Origin: Candidatus Uhrbacteria bacterium
GTDB taxonomy: Bacteria; Patescibacteriota; Patescibacteriia; UBA9934; GWF2-40-263
Direction of reading: 5' to 3'
Length of the DNA stretch: 64,000 nt
Assembly (NCBI GenBank): GCA_016188425.1
Contig: JACPHX010000020.1
Coordinates: forward strand, 1,821-65,820
Below the pieces are notes generated by a model. It ran no database searches and was not told the origin of the DNA. It worked only from the letters and a program-made list of their open reading frames with translations. Position numbers and translations under genes: made by a program. This document shows positions 57,560 to 64,000 of this stretch, one piece after another; positions within the stretch are counted from its first letter, which is position 1; every line of letters begins with the position of its first letter.

Positions 57560-58819
57560 ATGAGCACCTTGCAAACCTCTTCATCGGCGCCGTCCTCCCG
57601 GCGCGGGTGGACGATGCATAAGGATATGATGGAGCGCCTTCCTTCCGGAGGCGCGATCGTCACGGCAAAAGAATGGAGACAAAAATGGGATGACCAGCAG
57701 CTGTTCTCGCCGCCCGGCGGGTCGATCGTCGTTGAGGCGATTCCGTCCTGGAACAGCCGCGGCCTCCTGCGCCATTCGCGCGTGGGGAACACGGAGCTTC
57801 CGGCTGGGGGGATCAAGATCGTCTACGCCGATGAGGAACACTCCGTCGTGTGGATGGGGTCGTTTGGCGGCAAGCCAGCGGGTCTGTATCGGGTCGAACG
57901 AGGGTCGGTCTATTTCTTGGTGGCGATGCCGACGCTGCAACGTTCGATCGCGCTGTCTTCAGAGGCGGGCGGATGGGCGGCGGCCGGGTCGGTTCCAAAA
58001 GAGCCGCACCTGATCCAATTCGTTTCCGCCTACCACGCCCTCCTTTTTCCTCGCCGTCCGTTGCAGCAGACTCCCGTCTTTCGTGATGGCCGCCTGCTTC
58101 ATTTTCAGAAGGAAGCGGACGGGAACACGTACCTGCGGACGGTATTGCTTGGGAATGCAAAACGGTGGGAAGGACGGACGGGGGAAGCGAAGGTGGCGAA
58201 AGAGATAGCGGACAGCCCCCTTTTTCCGCTGGCGTTTTACGATGATACGTACGTCGCGGTGGCGGACCTGGGAGTGGAGGCCCGCTATTTCAAAGAGGCG
58301 GCTGCGGCGCGGATCCCCGGGAAACTGCAGGTGATCCGACGTTCCCCTATGGGAGTGTCCCATGCCCTGGTCACCTGCATGGAGGACGACATGCACGGAA
58401 CACGGACGTGCGTGCGCTTGAATGTGGAGAAGGATCCCATTCTTTCCGGACGCATTTTCCAGAAGACGGTTCTCGTCGCGTGGAGCCCCAACGAGCAGCA
58501 GGCCGCCATCGCGTACGAAGCGCGGACGGCCAAAGGCGTCCGGCAGTTCTTCAAGACCCCGCATGACGGCGTGGAGGAGATTCCAGAGGGCGTGAAGCTC
58601 ATCTCGTTCTTGCTGGGGGATAACGGCCAGGCGCACTCGCGGGTGTTCATTGATGCAGGCCATTTCTACGTGGAATTGCTTGGACACATTGTCGGCCCCT
58701 TCGATGACGCGCGGGATTTGCGCCATGAGCCCTTGGGTTCCAGCGTAAGAGTCTACGAGGAAGGAGCCCAGCGCGCCTATCGGATCCGCGCCGCAAAAGA
58801 CGATTCGCCTCCTAACTGA
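57560..58819 (+). CDS. hypothetical protein
   Basis: ORF 57530..58819 with protein-like composition; start at M11 (MSTLQTSSS...). No recognisable motif. Confidence 0.45.
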   Translation: MSTLQTSSSAPSSRRGWTMHKDMMERLPSGGAIVTAKEWRQKWDDQQLFSPPGGSIVVEAIPSWNSRGLLRHSRVGNTELPAGGIKIVYADEEHSVVWMGSFGGKPAGLYRVERGSVYFLVAMPTLQRSIALSSEAGGWAAAGSVPKEPHLIQFVSAYHALLFPRRPLQQTPVFRDGRLLHFQKEADGNTYLRTVLLGNAKRWEGRTGEAKVAKEIADSPLFPLAFYDDTYVAVADLGVEARYFKEAAAARIPGKLQVIRRSPMGVSHALVTCMEDDMHGTRTCVRLNVEKDPILSGRIFQKTVLVAWSPNEQQAAIAYEARTAKGVRQFFKTPHDGVEEIPEGVKLISFLLGDNGQAHSRVFIDAGHFYVELLGHIVGPFDDARDLRHEPLGSSVRVYEEGAQRAYRIRAAKDDSPPN

Positions 58820-58879
58820 TTGATCGGTTGGGGGGTATTTTTATGGCAATCGGTACGGATTACCCGCCGTCGCCCGGGC

Positions 58880-58990
58880 GGCTAAGGCGGGCAGGCGGAA
58901 GCATACGGAATTACGGAAGTACGGAAGGACGAATTCGGTTCCGAACGTACTACCCCCTTTTGAAGGGGGAAAGGGGGTTACCGTTCGTTT
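58880..58990. repeat. structured repeat with TACGGAA tandem units and a CCCCTT-TTG-AAGGGG hairpin
   Basis: GTACGGAATTACGGAAGTACGGAAGGACGAATTCGGTTCCGAACGTAC...CCCCTTTTGAAGGGGG. The hairpin motif recurs at 60450..60466 and 60510..60526, flanking murC. Confidence 0.4.
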
Positions 58991-59053
58991 TGTGATTAGC
59001 GGGTGTTCCATGGTCTTTGACCTTAGCGTTTTTCCCTTCTACCATATTCCTAT

Positions 59054-60463
59054 ATGTTTACCTCGGTAAAACACGTCCATCTGATCGGCGCGGGAGGAAT
59101 TGGCGTCTCGGCGCTTGGGAAGTGGTTTTTGCGCCGCGGGGTGCTTGTCAGCGGGCAGGACCGCGTGGCGTCGGCCGTGCTTGATGATTTGGTAAAACTA
59201 GGAGGGGTCATGGCGGTCGCCGACGACTCGGGTCTGGAGAAGGATGTCGACTTGGTCATTTATTCCCCCGCCGTCACCCCGGAGCATCCGACACGTAAGG
59301 AAGCGGACGCGCGTGGCGTCCGATCGCTTTCTTATCCAGAGGCGCTCGGGGAATTAACGCGCGGCCATAAGACGATTGCGGTTACAGGGACCAACGGCAA
59401 GAGTACGACGACGTCGATGATCGGATTGATGCTCGAGGCGGCCGGGTTGGATCCGACTGTCGTCGTCGGCTCGCTCGTCCCCGGGTTTGTCGATGGGAAT
59501 TTGCGGAGCGGAAATGGCTCATGGTTTGTTGTCGAGGCCTGCGAGTACCGCGAGCACATGCTCCTCCAACACCCAACGATCGGGGTTATCACTAACATTG
59601 AGGAAGATCATTTGGATTATTACCGTGACATCAACCACATCCACGAAGCGATGCAAAAATTCGCAAACCAGTCGGAGGTACTCGTGTGGAATGCGGATGA
59701 TGAGATGTCGGGGAGGTTGGAGGGAGGAGGTTGGAGGGAGGAGGTTGGAGGGAGGAGGTTGGAGGGAGGAGGGGGGAGGATTTCATGCGGAATAGAGACG
59801 GGTGAGATACGGGCGGTTGACCGTCGCGTTGGCGCTGGTGAACAATCATTCGTCTGTCTGGACGGCACGGATCGTCTTGGTGAGATCCATCTGCAGATCC
59901 CCGGAGTCTACAATGTTCAAAACGCGCTCGCGGCCATTGCGGCGGCGAGCAAGGCAGGAGTGCCGTTTGAGGTGTGCCAGAAGGTGCTGGCGGACTATCG
60001 CGGCATCTGGCGCCGGTTCGAACGGGTCGGGACCTTTAAAGGAGCGCCGATCATCTCAGACTACGGTCATCATCCGACGGCCGTGAAAGGGGTCGTCGAT
60101 GCAGCGCGCGAGTTTTTTCCAGGACGGCGGATCGTGTTGTGCTTCCAGCCCCATCAGCATTCGCGGACGAAGGAGTTGCGTCCGCAATTCGCGGAAGCGC
60201 TGCGCGCCGCGGATATTGTCATCGTGCCAGAGATTTACAAGGTGGCAGGGCGTACCGAGAAGGAAGAACGTGAGATATCGAGCGTGGATCTGGTCGACGA
60301 CGTGCGTGCACTCGATGAGAACAAGAACATCCGCGTCGCCTCCGACCTCGCGCGCGCCGAGCGCATGCTCCGCGACCTCGTCACGGAGGGGGACGTCGTG
60401 ATTGCGCAAGGCGCGGGGGATATCGATACAGTCGCAAGGAATTTAGTAACTTCCTCCTTTTGA
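59054..60463 (+). CDS. murC: UDP-N-acetylmuramate--L-alanine ligase with an in-frame tandem-repeat insertion
   Basis: MFTSVKHVHLIGAGGIGVSALGKWF...VTGTNGKSTTTSMIG...; insertion MSGRLEGGGWREEVGGRRLEGGGGR. Confidence 0.9.
   Translation: MFTSVKHVHLIGAGGIGVSALGKWFLRRGVLVSGQDRVASAVLDDLVKLGGVMAVADDSGLEKDVDLVIYSPAVTPEHPTRKEADARGVRSLSYPEALGELTRGHKTIAVTGTNGKSTTTSMIGLMLEAAGLDPTVVVGSLVPGFVDGNLRSGNGSWFVVEACEYREHMLLQHPTIGVITNIEEDHLDYYRDINHIHEAMQKFANQSEVLVWNADDEMSGRLEGGGWREEVGGRRLEGGGGRISCGIETGEIRAVDRRVGAGEQSFVCLDGTDRLGEIHLQIPGVYNVQNALAAIAAASKAGVPFEVCQKVLADYRGIWRRFERVGTFKGAPIISDYGHHPTAVKGVVDAAREFFPGRRIVLCFQPHQHSRTKELRPQFAEALRAADIVIVPEIYKVAGRTEKEEREISSVDLVDDVRALDENKNIRVASDLARAERMLRDLVTEGDVVIAQGAGDIDTVARNLVTSSF
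59712..59785. repeat. 15-bp tandem repeat GGAGGTTGGAGGGAG x4 plus a partial unit, in frame in murC
   Basis: ggaggttggagggag repeated 4 times (59712..59771), followed by gaggggggagga. Confidence 0.75.
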
Positions 60464-60526
60464 AGGATGGATGGGGAGGTTGCCGTTCTGTTTGAGTCTT
60501 AACGCATCCCCCTTTTGAAGGGGATT
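60448..60526. repeat. two CC(T/C)CCTTTTGAAGG(A/G) hairpin motifs downstream of murC
   Basis: tcctccttttgaaggatgg and atcccccttttgaaggggattg. Confidence 0.4.
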
Positions 60527-60555
60527 GCGTCGGAAAATGTGGATAGTTTGAAACT

Positions 60556-61539
60556 ATGAATGACATTACATCCTCGCTTCTTTCTAGGTTCGGGACGCGA
60601 TTGAAACAAAACGAGCTTCTCTCCAAACACACCAACTTTCGCATCGGCGGTCCTGCTCGTTGGTACCTTGAAGCCAAGACGGAGGCGGATGTGATGGATG
60701 CTTGGAAGATCGCGCACGAGAATAGTGTGCCTGTATTTGTGTTGGGTGGAGGATCGAATACGCTCGCCCCCGACGAAGGATATCCTGGTCTCGTGATCCA
60801 GATCGCGATGCGTGATATCTCGATCGACGGCCAAGACGTCGTCGCGGACGCTGGCGCCTTGTCTGTTGCGGTCGCTCGGCAAACTGGGAAGGCGGGGCTT
60901 TCTGGGATGGAGTGGGCGATTTCGCTTCCGGGGACGATCGGGGGAGCGGTGCGCGGGAATGCGGGATGCTTTGGAGGGGAGACGAAGGATCGTCTCGTGT
61001 CCGCACGGGTGCTTCGTGAGGGCAAGGTGGTTGAGATGAGCAAGAAGGATCTCGATTTCCACTACCGCCACAGTTCCATCAAAGGAACGAACGACATAGT
61101 ATTGTCAGCGAAGTTTCATTTGGAAAAAGGGGATGCGGATGAGCTGCAAAAAAAGATGGAGGAGATTTTGGGGAAGAGGAAGGCTTCGCAGCCGATGTCG
61201 GCTGGGTCGGCGGGGTGTATGTTTAAGAATTGTGAGCTGGCAGCTGGCAGCTCGAAGCTGGCAGCGATGATCGAAAAAAAAATACCGTTACCAAACAACT
61301 GCCCGCTGCCCGCTGCCCGCTGCCAGCTTCCCGCCGGCTGGCTCATCGACCAAGCAGGCCTCAAGGGCCTCCGCATCGGCGATGCCCAGATAAGCGACGT
61401 GCATGGGAATTTCGTCGTAAACCTCGGAAAAGCCACGGCAGAAGATGTGATGGCCGTCGTCCACAAGGCCAAGGAGACCGTGAAGGAGAAGTTTGGTATA
61501 GAATTGGAGGAGGAAGTGCAGTTAATTGCCCAAGGGTGA
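60556..61539 (+). CDS. murB: UDP-N-acetylenolpyruvoylglucosamine reductase with an in-frame ~30-codon palindromic insertion
   Basis: FRIGGPARWYLEAKTEADVMDAWKIAHENSVPVFVLGGGSNTL... (FAD-binding) ...SAGWLIDQAGLKGLRIGDAQISDVH. Insertion CELAAGSSKLAAMIEKKIPLPNNCPLPAARCQLP. Confidence 0.9.
   Translation: MNDITSSLLSRFGTRLKQNELLSKHTNFRIGGPARWYLEAKTEADVMDAWKIAHENSVPVFVLGGGSNTLAPDEGYPGLVIQIAMRDISIDGQDVVADAGALSVAVARQTGKAGLSGMEWAISLPGTIGGAVRGNAGCFGGETKDRLVSARVLREGKVVEMSKKDLDFHYRHSSIKGTNDIVLSAKFHLEKGDADELQKKMEEILGKRKASQPMSAGSAGCMFKNCELAAGSSKLAAMIEKKIPLPNNCPLPAARCQLPAGWLIDQAGLKGLRIGDAQISDVHGNFVVNLGKATAEDVMAVVHKAKETVKEKFGIELEEEVQLIAQG
61233..61322. repeat. GCTGGCAGC-armed palindromic element inside murB
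   Basis: GAGCTGGCAGCTGGCAGCTCGAAGCTGGCAGC ... GCTGCCCGCTGCCCGCTGCCAGCTTC; 90 bp, in frame. Confidence 0.7.
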
Positions 61540-61620
61540 CAAGGGTCGCAAGTGTTTCAAGGGCACACGGAAACGATTACCCTTGAAACCCTTGCGACCC
61601 TTGCCGCTCTTGAAACCCTT
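61529..61620. repeat. CAAGGG-unit structured element, variant; the murB stop codon lies in the first unit
   Basis: CCAAGGGTGACAAGGGTCGCAAGTGTTTCAAGGGC ... CCCTTGAAACCCTTGCGACCCTTGCCGCTCTTGAAACCC. Confidence 0.6.
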
Positions 61621-61632
61621 AACCCCCTCCCT

Positions 61633-61977
61633 ATGACTATCGCCTCGATCAAGAGTACGAACATGGACATGACGGATGCTATCCGTGGCTACGTAGAGAA
61701 ACGTCTGGCGTCGCTCGACAAAATCGCCGCTTCCTATGGGCCGGCGGTGGAGGTGCGGGTAGAAGTTGGGAAGACCACCCGGCATCATGCCAAAGGGCCG
61801 TACATGAAAGCTGAATTCACCATGGATATTCCTGGAGCTGTCTTGCGCGTGGAGCGGGAACATGAAGATTTGTACGCCGCCATCGACGAGGCGGCAGAGG
61901 AACTGAAACGCCAGCTCGTGGACCAAAAAGAAAAACGGGACGATCGCCATATGGGGGCCAGGCCGGACAAGGAATAG
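61633..61977 (+). CDS. hpf: ribosome hibernation-promoting factor / RaiA family
   Basis: MTIASIKSTNMDMTDAIRGYVEKRLASLDKI...AEFTMDIPGAVLRVEREHEDLYAAIDEAAEELKRQL. Confidence 0.8.
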   Translation: MTIASIKSTNMDMTDAIRGYVEKRLASLDKIAASYGPAVEVRVEVGKTTRHHAKGPYMKAEFTMDIPGAVLRVEREHEDLYAAIDEAAEELKRQLVDQKEKRDDRHMGARPDKE

Positions 61978-62049
61978 GATATACAGGGAGGCCAGTTGCC
62001 TCCCTTTTTTCTTTCCGTTCTTCGTGTACAATCTTCCCACAAACCACCT

Positions 62050-64000
62050 ATGTCGATTTTGAATGCCATTTTTGGCGATCCCAACAAGAAAGTTCTCAAA
62101 AAGATGGAGAAAGATGTCGCGCAGATCAATGCGTTGGAAGCGTCGGTCCAGGGGCTTTCGGATGAACAATTGAAGGGGAAGACGGTGGAATTCCGGGAGC
62201 GTCTCGCCAAAGGGGAGGCGTTGGATTCGTTGTTGCCCGAGGCATTCGCCACGGTCCGCGAGGCGGCGAAACGAACGCTCTCGCAACGGCATTTCGACGT
62301 GCAGCTCATGGGCGGGCTCGCGCTTTATCATGGCAGTATCGCCGAGATGCGCACGGGGGAAGGAAAGACATTGACCGCGACCACTGCTTTGTACGCGCGG
62401 GCGCTTGAAGGGAAAGGAGCACACCTCGTGACTGTCAACGATTACCTCGCGCGCCGCGATGCGGTGTGGATGGGACAGATCTTCCATGCGCTGGGGATGA
62501 CCATTGGGTGTATCCAGCATGCGGGCGGGTTTAGGTATGATCCGGAGTTTGTGTCGAAAGAGGAGGGGGGAGGGGGAAGGGGGGAGGGTGGAGAACAGGG
62601 GGGGCAAAACGCAGATGGCAGAACGGTCTCCGCCACCTCCCACCTCCCACCTCCTATCGCTTCCTTCAAGGTGGATCAGGAATATTTGCGGCCGGTGGCG
62701 CGGGTGGAGGCGTATAGCGCGGATATCACCTATGGCACGAACAATGAGTTCGGGTTCGACTACTTGCGTGACAACATGGCCGGCCGTCTCAAAGACCAAG
62801 TCATGCGCGGGTTGCATTACGCGATCGTCGACGAGGTCGACTCCATTTTGATCGACGAAGCGCGCACGCCGCTCATCATCTCGGCCCCATCGGCCGCGGT
62901 GAACGAGATGTATGTCCGTATCTCCCCGATCATCCGCGGCCTCATTGAAAAGGAGGACTTCCATGTCGATGAGAAACTGCATGCAGCGACGTTCACCGAG
63001 CAGGGCATCACGAAAGTGGAGCAAGCGCTTGGCCTTGCGAACCTTTATGACGCCGGGCACAACGTCCACTACTACGCGGATGTAACGTTGCGTGCGTACG
63101 CGTTGTATCGACGCGACGTGCAATACGTCGTTCGCGAAGGCGAGGTCGTTATTGTCGACGAGTTCACGGGACGCCTTATGCCAGGACGTCGGTTCTCGGA
63201 AGGCATTCATCAGGCCATCGAAGCCAAGGAAGGAGTGCCGATCCAGAAGGAAAGTCTCACCCTGGCGACGATTACGTTCCAGAATTATTTCCGTATCTAC
63301 AGACATCTTGGGGGGATGACGGGAACCGCCGCGACCGAAGCGGAGGAGTTTTCCAAGATTTATAATCTCGAGGTCACGCAGATCCCGACGCATCGAGCGA
63401 ATGCGCGCAAGGATCAGACGGATCGCGTCTACAAAAATGCAAAGGGAAAATTCGATGCGGTCGTCGCGGAAGTGAAACGCCTCCATGAGGCGGGCGAGCC
63501 GGTGCTGGTCGGTACCGTCTCCATCGAGAAGAACGAATTGCTCGGCGCGCTTCTCGCGCAGGCGGGGGTGCCGCATGAGATTTTGAATGCGAAGAATCAT
63601 GAACGCGAGGCAGAGATCATCGCGCAAGCAGGACGCCCAGGCGCGGTTACGATTGCGACGAACATGGCGGGGCGAGGTGTGGACATCATGCTTGGTGGCA
63701 ACCCACCTGATCCGACGAATTTTGAGAAGGTCAAAGAGCTGGGCGGGCTGTGCGTCATCGGCACGGAGCGCCACGAAAGCCGTCGCATCGACAACCAGTT
63801 GCGTGGACGCTCTGGTCGCCAAGGAGACCCAGGCGTCACCCAGTTTTATCTTTCCCTGGAAGACGACCTGATGCGCATCTTCGGCTCCGACCGCACGAAG
63901 TCCATGATGGACCGACTTGGGGTTCCGGATGACGTGCCGATCGAGAACCGCATGGTCACAGGCGCCATCGAGCGCGCGCAGAAGCGTGTGGAGGCACATC
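62050..64000 (+). CDS. secA: preprotein translocase ATPase SecA, 5' partial (runs off the window end) with an in-frame poly-G/poly-C insertion
   Basis: [19 protein letters not shown]...[20 protein letters not shown]...[20 protein letters not shown]...[11 protein letters not shown].... No stop before 64000; the long minus ORF 61522..63999 is its antisense shadow. Confidence 0.9.
   Translation, partial: MSILNAIFGDPNKKVLKKMEKDVAQINALEASVQGLSDEQLKGKTVEFRERLAKGEALDSLLPEAFATVREAAKRTLSQRHFDVQLMGGLALYHGSIAEMRTGEGKTLTATTALYARALEGKGAHLVTVNDYLARRDAVWMGQIFHALGMTIGCIQHAGGFRYDPEFVSKEEGGGGRGEGGEQGGQNADGRTVSATSHLPPPIASFKVDQEYLRPVARVEAYSADITYGTNNEFGFDYLRDNMAGRLKDQVMRGLHYAIVDEVDSILIDEARTPLIISAPSAAVNEMYVRISPIIRGLIEKEDFHVDEKLHAATFTEQGITKVEQALGLANLYDAGHNVHYYADVTLRAYALYRRDVQYVVREGEVVIVDEFTGRLMPGRRFSEGIHQAIEAKEGVPIQKESLTLATITFQNYFRIYRHLGGMTGTAATEAEEFSKIYNLEVTQIPTHRANARKDQTDRVYKNAKGKFDAVVAEVKRLHEAGEPVLVGTVSIEKNELLGALLAQAGVPHEILNAKNHEREAEIIAQAGRPGAVTIATNMAGRGVDIMLGGNPPDPTNFEKVKELGGLCVIGTERHESRRIDNQLRGRSGRQGDPGVTQFYLSLEDDLMRIFGSDRTKSMMDRLGVPDDVPIENRMVTGAIERAQKRVEAH
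62559..62654. repeat. poly-G / poly-C inverted element in frame in secA
   Basis: gaggaggggggagggggaaggggggagggtggag...ccgccacctcccacctcccacctcc, encoding [35 protein letters not shown]. Confidence 0.55.

Noticed and set aside
59712-59785. CRISPR array (tandem repeats here and elsewhere)
   Set aside because: The units are contiguous with no spacers, lie in frame inside murC, and no cas genes are present; no CRISPR array exists in the window.
61522-63999. 825-aa minus-strand ORF across the hpf/secA region
   Set aside because: Antisense of secA, whose plus-strand product matches SecA motifs throughout.

Overview
The window looks like a fragment of a compact, GC-rich (~58-60%) bacterial chromosome with densely packed, frequently overlapping genes. 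By content it is possibly a Patescibacteria/CPR-like lineage; this is an inference, not verified. There is no strand bias. Recognisable housekeeping genes are: an envelope glycan cluster (three GT2 glycosyltransferases, a DUF4012-like membrane protein, mreB); hup, hflX and rpmB; an ftsI-murF block; an hrcA-grpE-dnaK-dnaJ operon with a canonical CIRCE operator; tgt; rplU; a recR-ybaB-dnaB block; folD and glyA; murC and murB; hpf; the 5' part of secA; a class II (B12-dependent) ribonucleotide reductase followed by a PduO-type cobalamin adenosyltransferase; tRNA-Pro(CGG) and tRNA-Glu(CTC). Three things stand out. (1) Several families of short palindromic or structured repeats (28-bp perfect palindromes, GCTGGCAGC-armed elements, poly-G/poly-C elements, a 15-bp tandem array, and a large intergenic family of 9-bp NNNCAAGGG-unit inverted elements with at least 7 copies). 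Many copies are inserted in frame inside essential genes (secA, murB, murC, tgt, recR, the dnaK tail, an MraY/WecA-type GT), which recalls Rickettsia palindromic elements. (2) A decayed retroelement locus: a diversity-generating-retroelement-type reverse transcriptase (LGNLTSQLFANVY / YADD motifs) with one in-frame TAA, lying head-to-head with an N-terminally truncated IS630-family DDE transposase. Next to it sits a tRNA 3'-end fragment bracketed by 16-bp inverted repeats. (3) A GIY-YIG nuclease cassette inserted at tRNA-Glu with a perfect 24-bp duplication of the tRNA 5' end. Other notable items are a Fic gene with four operator half-sites interleaved with its sigma70-like promoter inside a lower-GC islet, a roughly 450-nt protein-free locus with a tmRNA-like 5' motif and an intrinsic terminator, and two frameshifted genes. 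Several long ORFs in the six-frame track are codon-aligned antisense shadows of real genes and were rejected. All coordinates are hand-derived and may be off by a few nt.
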